From Nageia nagi (taxonomy: Eukaryota > Plantae > Pinophyta): 64,000 nucleotides of DNA. Below the pieces are notes generated by a model. The model ran no database searches, was not told the origin of the DNA, and was given only the letters and a program-made list of their open reading frames with translations. Positions 37,640 through 51,650 of this stretch are shown here, one piece after another. Within the stretch, counting starts at the first letter, position 1; each line of letters begins with the position of its first letter. The position numbers were made by a program, and so were the translations under genes. The stretch lies in NCBI GenBank assembly GCA_050084985.1, contig JBITNC010000001.1:158720001-158784000 (forward strand), written 5' to 3'.

Positions 37640-39000
37640 AAGTAGAATGGGAAGTTTTTTGAGAGGGTAGGTTGTGAGATGTGGGTTTATTGAAGTTTAT
37701 TATGATTGATAAGGGCATCTCAATAATTTTCGTAGAGAGGTGGGATGGAAATATCAATAAGTATCATCTTTTAATAGATGAAATAACCATTAAATTGGAG
37801 GATATATGGTGTATTTCATAGAATATTAATTAAGGGATAACATGTTTAAATTGTTACAATCACATCATTAATGGATGATTCATATGAAAAATGTTTGATG
37901 ATCAAGTAGATTGTATTGTTATATAATCAAAAGATTCTAGATACCAATAATTATATGAGTTAGGCTCTAGTTTGCACCTAATCTTTTTTTATTTTTTTAT
38001 TAATGGGTTAATTTTGTATTAATAATTTTTTTTTGAATTTTAATGGATCTCCAAAAGCCTTTATAAGATATTAGCTTCAAGCTCAGATTCTATCCAAAAT
38101 GATTACAATCCAATATACTTCATTATGCTTTGTATTTGTCATAAATAAATTTCACAAAGTCACTATCGAAAGCTACATTTTTTGAAGGCATACTTTCCAA
38201 AAAAGAATGAAAAAGACCCTAAGCTTCGACATTGGAACATAAATTTGAATATCTAGGATTGCACACACAAAACATAACTACTACAATATAGTCAGCAATC
38301 ACAACACCATACATCCTTCCTATTACATAATGATATTTTTGCATTGTCTAACATCTAATTGTATTCTTATAAACCCTTTTGGTTATACACATTTATAAGA
38401 GTTGGGGGAAGTGATGATGGATATGGTAAAGAAGGGGGTAATTTTTACTTCAGGCTAGCTCTATTGGTGCAAACTTATTTAGACTTGTATCAGGTAGTAT
38501 GAAGATTAAGATTAGAAATTAGCATGATCTTTCTAATATAGGTATGGATATGAGAGCATAGAATATTGTCATGACCTCATGATCTATCTTATAATGCTCA
38601 TGGAGAGCATTTAGATGCCCCTTTTGCATTATTTTAGTTACATAATAAGAAGTAATTCCAACATACGAAGTACAAGAAACACTTAGAATATTAATAACAA
38701 TAATTAAATACAAGTTGAATATGGATTAGATTATATGACATCCATATAGTGATTTTGTTAGTTGCAAAGAGGACGAAGTATAATTATAATGGGCATTATA
38801 GGAGAGTTGGTTCATGGTATAAATACCTTAAGAGCTTGATTTTTTTGTATACCCAAGTTTTGGGATAGTTTGAGATTCAACATGGGGCACCACAAGTATC
38901 TATGATTTATAGTTGAGCAAACAAGGATGGACATCCCCAAAGTATAATACATAGAGATTGGGGAGAAGGATGATTCCTTTATTCAAAGCCTAGGAAAAAA
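37640..39000 (+). pseudogene. Plant Mobile Domain (PMD; MAIN/MAIL- and MULE-associated type) relic
   Basis: FVERWDGNINKYHLLIDEITIKLEDIW resembles LVERW..T.TFHLP.GEMTITLEDV. Further relics are ALLVQTYLDLYQVV, I*VWI*EH, HPYSDF and QVLG*FEIQHGAP (like RV.RQFG..Q..P). Confidence 0.8.
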
Positions 39001-39554
39001 TGAAGTTAAGGCTATACTAAAATATGGATACATGGTTCAAGGATTATAGGTCTCATCCCCATGTCATAGGGTAGTTGAACCTATGGATTAGTAGTTGTAT
39101 CAATGGTGGGGGTTCAAATATCTATTAGTTCAAATAAGTAGAATGCTATCAATAAGATGGAGGGGAATATCAACATGCAATTAGTTAAGCATTTATAAAT
39201 GGATCAACTTATTTCAGTAAGGGACATAGGGGCATCTATAATAGCACTAGATGAGATAATTTTGACATGGTAGGGAGAACATAATAAGGAGTGTGTTGTT
39301 CAACTAAATATATTTTTCAATACCAAAAAGATAGTTTTTAATGGATCTATCAAGGATGAGGTTAGAGAAGAACCATTTATGAGCTATGTTTGAGAGGTTC
39401 CAAATGAGCTAGTGAGAAGGGGAAGTATCACAAGAAAAATACCACCTTAGAGGGTAGTTTGATATAATAGGGGATGACAATACATGCCAAGTACAAGATA
39501 TGGCTCTTTATGAGGTGGAGATTTTATTATATTAAGGTGATTAACATTCCAATT
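37745..39554 (+). repeat. Right arm of the ~1.8-kb inverted repeat
   Basis: Collinear reverse complement of 33526-35330 with scattered substitutions only. Confidence 0.97.
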
Positions 39555-39700
39555 TTAGTATAGTAATCACAATTTTGGATTGATGATTGAGATGAGCTTA
39601 GAAAGATTCGATGTATTAAAGTTTTAGATCTAGGTATCATATCATATGATGTTTATGATATATGTATTGAATTTTGGAATTGATCTTGACAAAGATATTA

Positions 39701-39704
<4 letters not shown>

Positions 39705-39742
<38 letters not shown>

Positions 39743-39753
39743 ATATATATATA
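39705..39753. repeat. (TA)n microsatellite
   Basis: Interrupted TA run. Others occur at ~15353, ~51692, ~52875 and ~56551. Confidence 0.95.
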
Positions 39754-42700
39754 TCATGGATTTCAAGAAGCTCAAAATTTTATATGGGCATTATAAATTT
39801 ATTTGCAATTGTTATTGCAAATATAATGTTCATCTCCTAGTAGAATGCTTGAATGGAGTGCAAAATTCATTCCCAATCTATATTGTAATATTATCTTATA
39901 CATTAGCAATGAATATGCATGAATAATAATAAATATTATAGATTCTATTAAAAATTATTATGTAATATTATTAATTTTTATCTATTATTGAATACCAAAT
40001 TGTTGTTATCTTATGGGATTTTTCATGCATGATATATGGCCTATATTTTTATCAAAACACTTGAAACTGCCTTTTTCTTATCCTACAAAATCTTAACTTA
40101 GTTTACTTAATTATTTTATTTTGTTAAGTTTAACAAACCACCTATAGTACGATTACACCTATTTTAGAATACCCATAGTCTAAATCCAAAGAGTGAATGC
40201 ATACATGGATCTTTTTCGGGCCTTGTTGAGGTTCATTCAAGTTGATTTAGCTAATAGTTCATGTTTGGTATCAAATATATATTGCTAATTTTGGGTTAGA
40301 GTAAACATAAATTTATGATTTTTTCACAATTAATCAAGATCTTGTATAAGTTTATTGAAGGAAGAATTCATATATTATACTTTAAATTTCATGACCAACA
40401 CCAACAACTCTTCTCATTCTAGATTTTAACAAGCAATATTATGATTATTAGAGTATAAAGATAAGAACATTGTTAATTAGAAAATATCTTTGAGATGTAA
40501 TAGATATTGATTATGATGAGCCAGTTGCATAGAGTACATTACGAGTAGTTTATAGGATGATAAAAAATATATTTGAGAAGAACTCATTAGACCGATACCA
40601 TATTCAATCCTCCCTAGAAAAATGTTTATTTCTATGCATTATTTTTGCAACCTTAACCAAGAGGTTTACCAAGGTATTGATTTAATCAAGAGTTGTAAAT
40701 CCTAAAAAGGAAGTTCAACAACTTAAATACATAATAGGTTGAAAACATTATTAAATATTATGTTAGAGTTAAATATGTAGTTAATAAAGTAGCCAAACTT
40801 GGTAAGAGATTGAATAATGAGATTGTTGTAAATAAGGAACTTGGAAATCTAAAACCCAAGTGGAATTATATCGCAATCATCATTTATGAAAGTGAATATT
40901 TTTCCACACTAGTATTTGATCATATTATTAGTTCTCTCATGTCATATGAGGAGAGCCTAAATGAAAACTTTATAGAGAATGATGAAAAATATTTTGCTTC
41001 CAAGATGAGAATTTCTATGAATGAAGAGTAAAGTATGAGTGGTTAAGGAGAAAATAAGGTTGTAATCAAAATTCTACTAAAGGGAGAGAATTATTTTACC
41101 ACCAATAGAGGACAAGGAAAGATCAATCAAAGGAGAGTTTCATACTACAATTAACAAAGGAGAGGATGCATTGCTAGAGATTCTAGAGACAAGGCTATAA
41201 ATGAAGGTAGGAAATCTACTTATTCCCATGTAAATTAAGATACTCAATAAGATAAAGGTCACTTGATTATATCTCATAACATGAGTAATGTAACTCATTA
41301 AGAAGTTTTGTATTTCAAATTTAGCTACTCTAATCACATGACTAGAACTAAGTTACTTTTCAATATGAATGATTTATGAATTTTGGTTGACTATGGTATT
41401 CCAAGATGCACCACATATGGACTTATCACACTCCAACTTCGTGTAGATCTAGAATAAAAATTTAAAGAGTTAAGAGATATAATAAACATCACCACAAAAA
41501 TTATGAGGTACAATTTACCCTAGAGATACCTAATGTGGGAAAAACTATAGCCAAAAATCTTCACTATGTGATGAAGAGATGAGTACAATGGTGGCCTTCC
41601 TCTAAAATGCTACTAATAGGAATAATCTCAAGGCTTCCAACACTCCAATTTACTTGCCTTATCAATGCTCTTAATAGTCAAGCAACAAGGTTAGAATCTC
41701 TCTTATAATAATTCTTATATCACATTTGCATGGAATTTTACAATTTCATATTCTCTCATCAACATACCATAATTCTCTATTTCCCTTTATAAATAGGATC
41801 TCTTAATATTCACTAAGAATTGGCTATCTTCCTCTCATTTATTCATTATTCTTCTTAGAATATTTGTATATCCATTCTAAAAGCTAGTGGATTCTCTCTA
41901 CATTCAACTCTCTATGGAGATCTCAACACACTATGGAGTACTACACAAGTACACACTCACAAATGCTTCATCATGGAGTCTTTATAAATGTGAAATTCAA
42001 CCTCATGGAGGCTTGTCAAAATATCTTTCATGTATTATGGTATGGTCAATGTTTCTATCATTTTTTCGCTATCCATAAACTCCCTTTTATAATTTTTATG
42101 TGGCTTAAAATGGAGAAAATGGTTACACCAAAATATTCATCTCCTATTAATTACTTTTCTTCATCTGTAGCTTCATAATCTTACTTGTTTTTCTTTTAGC
42201 ATTTATATTGATCAACATTTAATTTACGAAGGTTTGTTTTGGATAATAGTAATTAAAGATACCTATTATCTATCTACTTTTTTATTTCTTCCTCAAATAC
42301 CTTAAAATAGGCCCTTAGAAAATGTATGGACAATTACATAGGATTGAAGGACATCTATAGGTTATACAACAAATAACAAATAAAAAAAGATCCAACACCT
42401 CAATGTGAAGGGAGATTCTAGTAACATGTTACCATGTGGAAGTCAAAATCTCAAAATTAAAGTCAAATAGGGAATTACAACTGGTCTCTTCTTCCAATAA
42501 AGCTAGTATATCCCTTCATGAAATCATCTTTGTGCATTCTATAATGGATCAACCTAGTGACATCTTCAAACTCCTTTCACATAGGTCCCCATGTTGATTT
42601 CTCCACACCATCTTCACATGGCCTTACTATAAGTCATCTCCTTTATGCATTTTGTCCACATCATTTTCCATGGGCATCCTTTGACTCCATGTTTGCTAGT

Positions 42701-44020
42701 AATTGGTAGGCCTTTTCTAAATGAGTGGACTGTCCCTCTTAGTTATACTAACTTAGCTCTTACATTTCTACATGAACATTGGCAGGTCCATATACTCCAT
42801 GTACCTATGATTCTCCTACATTGGCTGCCTATGTGGATAATGGATCTGCTATATATTAATTTGATATTATAAAATTTAAAATATGTTTTAAATCCTTTTG
42901 AATAAATTAAAATAAATTTTCTCTAAACTTACATTAAAATCACTTTATACATTGGATTTTAAAACCATCAAAGGTGCCAAAAATCTAGAGGAGATCTCTA
43001 TAATGTGAAGATATCAAATAAAATCTTTGGTAACTTTCATTTTTTTAAATAATTACTATTTTGTATAACTTGTCCCTTTATGTAGGATTTTAGTCCTACA
43101 AAAGCCTAAATATTGAAATGATGAGAAAAACTAAATCCCTAAATCAAATCCAAAATTATACCTTTTCTTGAAATCATTCCATATTTTTCTCATCCTCTTG
43201 ACTTATGGCTTTTTAGATTGTCTTTGAGTATACCTTTTGATTTTATCTTTGGATATTCATATGGGTCTTATCTTATCCCATGTGGTATTTTACCTCTTGA
43301 ATCCCTCTCAATTTTGCCTATACTCATCTCATTTTACCATACTCCATAGATGTGATAACAAGATCTCTAATTCCATATTCTATGTGCAATTTTGAATTCC
43401 AATTTTCATTTCTCATTTTGAAATCAAACAAGCTTTGATATTGATGAGATTTGTAATGTCTAGTTTCCTATGGATTTCCAAGACTCACTACATATTGATT
43501 TCTCATACTTGAACTTATGGTACTTATGGAATATAAATTCAAAAAGTTAAGGGATTGTAAACATCATCACAAAAATTATAAGATAACAATTTACCCTTGA
43601 GAAACCCAATGTGGATAAAAATTTAGCCAAAAATCTCTATCATATGATGAAGAGGTTAGTACAATGGTGGCCTTCCTCCAAAAGTCTCTTCAAAATGCCA
43701 ATAATAGGAACAAACATAAGGCCTCCAACACTACAATTTACTTTCGTTCTTAATGCTCTCAATAGTCAAGCAACAAGCTCACAATATCTCTTACAATAAC
43801 TCTCATATCACACTTCCATGGAATTTTACAATTTCTTATGTTCTCATTAGCATAGCATTATTCTCTATTTTACTCTAAGAAATGAGCTCTCTCAATTCTA
43901 TTTTATTTTATCAATGACATCTTTTTCATCCTTTGTAAAAGTTATTCGTAGAGCCACTACTTCTGATCACACACTTGTTATGTTCTTTGTAGTTATTAAT
44001 ACTTTACCACCCTACCAATA

Positions 44021-47000
44021 TTTAATATCCCCATTTTTTAGGTGCTCTCCCCATTTCACCTTTGATAAATGGGGAGATTAATTTAAGAGTGTTTTAGGCT
44101 ATTTTTGTATAATTTGACCAAAATGATGTAAAGTTCACTTAGAGACTTAATAAAGCTCTAATTATGGAATAAATGGCCCTTTTATTTATTTATTTCTTTT
44201 TATCAAGTTATTTTCTAAAATTTCAATAAACATTGTATTTGTGATACCAAGGCAATTATAATTGTAAATGCAATATTAGTCTCATTAAATGAGGCATTGC
44301 ATATTTTGTCCTTGATGATTGTAATATTGGCATTAAATGTATCTCTAGTCTTTAGTGGTCCTCTCTTTGAGGTAGATCATCCCCCTAGGTGATTACACTA
44401 ACTATGAGGTCATTTGGAGCTCCAAGGATGGACCTAATACTTCAAACTACTCATTGGTAATCTTGAGGGAAGTAGACTAATCTAGAGCATGATTTTGAGC
44501 ATGGGAGCATCCCAAGATCCCACATTAGCCTTCCTAGGCACATGGATTGATGATATTGATCACAAGGTGCTTCATTATCACATCCTCTTAAATGTTGGTT
44601 TTCTTGGTCCTTGCATATGATTTCACTTATCCCAAGGCTCCTTGTCTTGGATGTTGCATACATGACCACATAGATTACATCTCTCCACCATTGAATCATC
44701 TCAATGAAAGATTAGAGCATGATCACCCTAACTTATAAAATAGAATTCATAACCATTATGAGATATGGTAAATTTGATTATAGACCCTTTATTTTGGATT
44801 AAGTTGAGACTCTATCTTATCCACTTATGGGGAAACCTACATTTGAGTTATCGAGGGGAGAGGAGGCTACCTTGGAACTTACTTTAGCTATCTTAAGAGG
44901 AATGTTATTTGTTCCATTAGAGTTATTGTAGAGGAGACCTAGTCTTGCCTCATTTCTTCTAGGATTAATGAGGCCTTGGAGCCATCCAAAATAACCCTAT
45001 AAGAGACAAATTTGGTACAAATTTTGTAGGTTGAAAAAAATATTTTAATGACACTTTATCATTGCTTATCAATATAATTCCTTTCTATTTTCAAAGTATT
45101 TTTATTTGTTTCTTTATGCTTGGATATTGGATTTGGAAGCATTGTTTTATTGTCAAATTGTTATTTATCCTTCTTGCTCGCAATGTTGATTTTGGAGTGT
45201 TATTTTCATTATTCAATTGTTGTTTCAGCTTTCCAACTAGGATGTTGGGTATGAGGAGCATTTTTGCATGGTTAAAGTATCATTTTACCTCCTACTTAAG
45301 TTGTTGGAATATTAGAGATATTTATTTACAAATATTTCATAATTTCACATCATATATGGACATTGGGGTTTGAAAGTATTTTTTGCAAGTTTACTTCATA
45401 TCTTTCATTCCTAGCAAGTTGTTGGATATTTGGTGCATGTTTAAGCTTGTTTTTGGCCAATTTGAAAGCCACAATCCAAACATCCCTCTCCCAAGGTATG
45501 TTTGAGTAGTGAACCCAAAAAATGTCTCATCATAGTGGTATTAGAGCCTCAAGTTTTACATCCTATTGGGAATCAAGGGTATCATTTATGAAGTGTTTTG
45601 AGCTTAATCTAGAGAAATATTGAAGATTGGGACACTCGCATCATAGTGGTATCACACACAAGTGAATTGTTGAAGTAAAGTGGGAGATCTTACTCTTGTT
45701 GTTGGGTAAGAGTTGAGGAGTTACTTCTCAAGGAGATTTTTGGAAAAGTTGGAGGAGTTGTAGAAGAGTCATTATGATATTCTTCTAGGTCATAGTACTA
45801 TTTACACAGAGTTTTTATTGACCTACTAAAGAGTGGAGTTTACCTAGTATCATACTAATCATTTTGAAGGAGTTCCAAAGGAAATAGCATCCTTGCAAAA
45901 ATTACAAACTTACTTTTATCTCCATACCTTAAGTGAAGAAGAGGGAATCAAAACAAAAACTATGCATTTATATGGAATAGCTTATGAATGGTGGAAAAAT
46001 GGTGTTACTACACTTGGACATGGGAAGTTCAAAACCTTTAAAGACTTCAGCCAAAGGGTACTTGATAGGTTTGAACATAAGCATATAGCAGAATACTTTA
46101 TGAAGTTATAAATCCTACAACACACAACTACCATGGATGTATACATTAAGGAATTTCAAAGGATTGTAGTATCCATCCCTAATATAGAATATGGAAGGCT
46201 AGCATATGTCTTCATGGATGGGTTACAAGAATCAATTAGATCATGAGTAAAATATATGGAACCATCCACTTTATCCATGACCATCTACAAGGCTAAGTTA
46301 TTAGAAGGATTTAGTTATCCAAAGGGAGTTTTTACTAAGAATCCTACAATAGGATTATAGGAAAAAAGCATAAAAAAGGAATCAATAAGGATTAAATCTC
46401 CGCTTCATGTTCAATGACTAGCGAATGGATTGGATTATGCTACCCAAGAGGCATTAAGGTAGTAAAAGCTTTACTTTACTTGTCATAATCCCTAGGAGAG
46501 AGGATATAGGTGTAATGGAAAGGCTCAACACATTTACTTGGAGGTATGTGAAGTGTATAAATACTCAAATGAATAAAGGATCACCTGCCAACATGAAGTG
46601 GGAGTTCAAGATATTAGAGGGGCATTAGCCATGCTAAAGAGACCTTTGTAATTTGTAACCATCAAGGTAGAAGGACTTATGAATAATAGCAAAGTTGTGG
46701 CACTCATTAATGGAAGAGCCACTCAAAATTTCATAAATCAATAATTTTCAAAAAGAAGGGTTTCAAAATAAAATAATTCTCTAGAATTGATGTAGCAATT
46801 GGAAATGGTAGCACAGCTACTAGCCACAAGCTAGTGGAAAATTTCATAGTTAAGTTGGGAGATTATGCAGTCACTAGTGACTTCTATATTCTTCCCTGTG
46901 GAGGATTACCACACATAGTGCTTGGGGTACTTAGTATTTGTATACATTGGGAGACATAGTTTCCAACCACAAAATGATGGAAATGAAGTTTAAAATGCAT

Positions 47001-48686
47001 GAAAAAGAGGTAGTACTTTGTGTCATGAAGGATATAGAAGAAATAAGTACCAAGTTACATAGGATAGAAGTTGCTAAAAGAAGAAGGCACTTCTTGAAGA
47101 TTATTGGATCACTCAAGAATATGTTTTTGTAGTAGTGGATCTTTCAAATTGCTTAAGGACAAGTAATTTGGGAAGGGTGGACTTGTAATGTCCTCATTTT
47201 TTAGATGTTTTTCCCTTTTCATTATTAATAAAGAGGAACATTAATTTAGGAGTATTTTAGGCTATTTTTTTCTATAATTCATCCAAACTAATGTAAATTC
47301 CACTTAGAGACTTAATAAAGCTCTAATTATTTAATAAATGGCCCTTTTATTTATTTATTTATTTATATTTAGTTATTTACCAAAATAGCAATAAACATTG
47401 TATTTGTGATATCAAGGTAATCATACTTAAATGCAATATTAGTCTCATTAAATGAGGTATTTCATACTTTATCCTTAATGATTGTAATATTGATATTAAA
47501 TGTATATTTAGTAATTAGTGTTCCACTTTTGGAGGTAGAGCATCCCCCTAGGTGATTGCACTGACTACAAGATCATTTGGAGCTCCAAGTATGGACCTAG
47601 CACTTTGAACTAGGCATTATAAATCTTAAGGCAAGTAGATAGCCCTAACGCATGGATGTTGGGCATGGGATCATCCCAAGATCCCATGTTAGCCTTCCTA
47701 GGAACATGGATCGATGGAATTGATAACAAGGCACTCTGTTATCACCCCCTCTTGGACATTGGATTTCCTTTATATTGTATGTGATTTTACTTATCCCAAG
47801 GCTCCTCATATTAGATGTTAAATACATGAGCATACAGATCACATCTCTCCACTAGAAGATCATCCCAATGCAATACTAGAGGATGATCACCCTCACCTAT
47901 AAAAGGATAACTCATAACCATTATGAGATATGTTGAATTTGATTATAAACATTTTATATTGGATTGAGTGATGATTGTATCTAAGCAACTTATGGGGTGA
48001 CATGCATTTGAGTTATCGAGGGGAGAGGAGGCTACCTTTGAACTTACTCTATCCATCTTAAGAGGAATGTTGTTGTTTACATTATAGTTGTTGTAGAGGA
48101 AACCTAGTATTACCTCACTTCTTCTAGGATTGGTGAGGTTCTAGAGCCATCCCTATATAAGATAATCCTAGTACAAACTTTGTAGGTTGAAAAAATATTT
48201 TAATTGTGCTTTATCATTAATTTCAATACAATTACTTTCTATTATCAAAATATTACTATTTGTCTCTTTATTTTTGGATGCTGGATTTGGAAATATTATT
48301 TCATTATTGAATTGCTATTTATCCTTCCTATTTCTAATGTTGGTTTTTGAGTGTTATTTTCATTTTTGAATTCCTATTTCAATTCTCCAACTAGGATGTT
48401 AGGTTTGAGGAGCATTTTTGTATTGTTAAAGTATCATTTTACCTTTTGCTCAAGGAGTTGGAATACTAAAGATATTTGTTTGCATATATTTCATAATTAC
48501 TCATCATAGCTAGATGTTGGGGTTTGAAGGTATTTTCTATAAGTTTACCTCATATCTTTCATTCCTAGAAAGTTCTTGTATATTTGGTACATGTTTGAGC
48601 TTATTTTGGCAAGTTTGAAATCTAGAATCCAAATGTCCCTCTCCTAAGGCACATTTGAGGAGTGAGCCTAGAAATGGCTAATCAAA
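44021..48686 (+). mobile_element. Duplicated copy of the gag-protease Gypsy element with an additional internal deletion
   Basis: LTRs 44021-45534 and 47184-48686, PBS at 45536, TSD CAATA/TAATA, and the same flanks as 3611-10282. Confidence 0.92.
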
Positions 48687-50056
48687 TAATACAAAATTCA
48701 ATTTTATATTAATAAATCCTTTTCGAGGCACCCAACAATGGCTTATCATATTCATCAAGTTTGTAATTTAGTAATAAGACCTCTTGGTACTAAGGGTACA
48801 ATATAATAGTAGGATGATGCTATTATTTGTACCACCATTTTTTTATGTAATTTGTTTAAGAAAAATATAAATTTTAGAAATATAATCTATAATTAAGCAC
48901 TTAATTATGAGTTGGCCAAATTTTCAATGATACTCCAAGCATATCCTCTAAATTCCACACTTCAAGCTCATGTTATATTTACCATGAATTAAAAACTATT
49001 GATCATTATAAATCCATGGGAGATCAAATTTAAGCTTATTTTCAATAGCTCAAAGTGGGTGATAGAGTCTCCAATAAATTGTTTCAATGACTTTGGCTAC
49101 CATATCAAACTATCCAATTAAAATTTTTCCATGGAGGGGTCAAGCTTAGATATATGCTTGACATAGAAAATGCTCTTGTAAGGCACTGCACAAAGATGTT
49201 TATTGTATATGTTATCACACATGAGAGAGAGGAATATTTAGCCTCTTGTATTATGTTTTTCCTTGATAGAGTTTTAATTTTTCAAGGAGAGAGGAATGAT
49301 AATCCTCTTTCCTTGGGTGACCTTGCAGAGAATCTTTCTCATATGAAAAATGAAATTAAGTCCCCACACTTGGAAATATTACCCTATAACTTCTATAAAG
49401 AATTATAGGATATGGCTGAGCTCCTTTCGTACAATGTTTATTAAAAAGAATTTATCAAAGTATATTTGATCCCTATTATTAATAAATGTAATATAAAGTT
49501 CAATATAAACCAAAAGGATCTCAAATTGATTAATAATTAGAGGTCCATTCCTCTATTGTATATGAGCTAAAAAATTATCATAAAAATGTCCTTTTAAATT
49601 TTTATAGCCCTCTTAAATTTGATTGTGCATCCAAAATAAATAGTTTTTAAAATTATTAAAAAAATATATATGCAGAATTTGCATACAATTCTTCACAAGT
49701 TAAAAACAAAATAAAAAATGATAAGTTTAGGTCAAATTATGCTTGCTAAACATAAGCATTTTTTAAAACAACAATCAGGGCCAATAAAAAATTAATAATA
49801 AAAATAATATTCATGAAACAATTACAAAAAATATCTTGCACAATCTTAAGTATATTAGGTATCTTTACACAAAAGGATTTAAAATAATATTTTAATTTAG
49901 GTCCCATTATGCTTGTCAGACATGATGGAGTATGGTCCTGAAATCGTATTTTTTAAACAATGGCCTTTGCATTTGTTTAATAACCTCTTATTTTTTTAGA
50001 ATGATGAAAACAATATATATGTGCATAATTTGCATACAATTTACATTTTCATGAAC

Positions 50057-51650
50057 TACAATGATTTTAGAATATGCAAAAAATGGATTTTCTATAAAAG
50101 GCCCTAACATAAGTATGCAAAATATAAAAGAATACACACTACCTAAGAATTTTTTGAAACATGAATAATTAAAAGATAGTTTCATCAACTTCAAATATTA
50201 TAGGATATGTTAAAAAAATAATTTTTCTAAAAAAGGCCCTAAGACAAGGGAGGGTGTAAGAAGTTGGGTCCACTTTAAGGCCAAAAAGTGAAGTGTTTTC
50301 CTTGATTTTCAAGTTTGGGTATGATTGATAGCAAAATTTGAAGTACTTAGACATGGAGTCATGAAAAATTATCATTGGGATGAAAAAGTATTTCTTAGAG
50401 TCTAGTTTTCAAATATATAATTTATTCCAATACCCAGATCATATAATTTAAAATTTGAACCACTATGTAAAAAAAATGGACCATACCATGCACCTATTCG
50501 TCTAGCATAATTTGATTAAAATCAAGGTATTTTTTAAAATCCTTTTAAGAAAAGATACCTAATATATTGGATCTTATCCTTGATATTTTTCCATAGTTTT
50601 TTCTTAAATATTTTTTTAATTAATTTTGCATTAGGTATGTTTGTGGTTTTGAAAAGTGTTCATGTCTGTCTTGCATAATTTGATCTAAACTTAATATTTT
50701 TTCAAATTATCTTTATTATTATTGAGAATTATATGAAGCTTGTCCCTATATAATTTTTTTCTCATAACTCTAAAAAAAAACTTATTAAGAAAATATGAGA
50801 CCCTCATATTTCAAGTATATGGACTATGTTTACTAAAAAATAATTGAAAATATATAATTGTATCCAATTGTAAAAAAAATTACATATTTGAAATCTACGC
50901 TCTTTAATCTATAATGAGTTTTAATATCATAAAAAAATTCTACAAAAAAACTCCATCAAACATATGCTTAAAGTTGAGATTTTTAATTAAAATTACCATG
51001 AACACATACTTGCAGGTCCAAGGCTAAGTGTTGGGTCACCAAGCCTTTTTTGAGCCTAAAATTGATGCAAAATTAGGGATTCAAATATCAAGATCTTGAT
51101 ATCTTGATTTAAAATCAAGATCCTAATATTTATTAGGATTGTGAACTTAAATTGAGATACCAATTTTTCCAACATTACATTTTAACTTCATTCATTTTCC
51201 CCCACTTTGCCTTTAAATGGAATCAACTTCTTACTTTCACCCACAAGCATGGAAAATGTGGAAGAATACACAAGGTATTGGATTTATTTAATAAGATGCA
51301 TGATGCAAAGAAAGTTTCATGTATTGTAATGATTGCAAGATAATACACAAGGCTTGAGAATTATTCAACAATATGCATAATGCAAACATAGTATTATGGA
51401 CTACAATGTTTTCAAGATATGTAAAAAAAAGATTTTCTAGAAAAATACTCTAAGACATGTATGAGAAATGTGGAAGAATATACAAGGTCCAAGAATTATT
51501 TGATAAGATTGATGTATGATGCAAATACAATTTTATGATCTATAATTATGCAAACAAAATTTCATGATTTTCTAAAAAAATGCCTTGAGAGACTATTATT
51601 TGATATCCAATTATTAGCTATTAAGCCCTAATAGACATGTATTTTGTAAA
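50057..51650 (+). repeat. Paralogous PPR-derived tandem repeats, interrupted by a TIR element
   Basis: ORF 51152-51343 ends HGKCGRIHKVLDLFNKMHDAKKVSCIVMIAR. Confidence 0.8.
50248..51242. mobile_element. Non-autonomous TIR DNA transposon (995 bp, GGG...CCC ends, 4-bp TSD ACAA)
   Basis: Left end GGGAGGGTGTAAGAAGTTGGGTCCACTTTAAGG; right end reverse-complemented GGGTGAAAGTAAGAAGTTGATTCCATTTAAAGG. ACAA at 50244-50247 and 51243-51246. Absent from the paralog at ~11950. Confidence 0.88.

Noticed and set aside
33526-39554. Inverted repeat as the TIRs of a single Pack-MULE or foldback element
   Set aside because: No TSD is seen outside the arms, the arms are internal PMD coding sequence, and the direct repeat brackets only the left arm.
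39646-39840. ORF with IYIYIY repeats (also 51651)
   Set aside because: It is a translation of (TA)n microsatellites.
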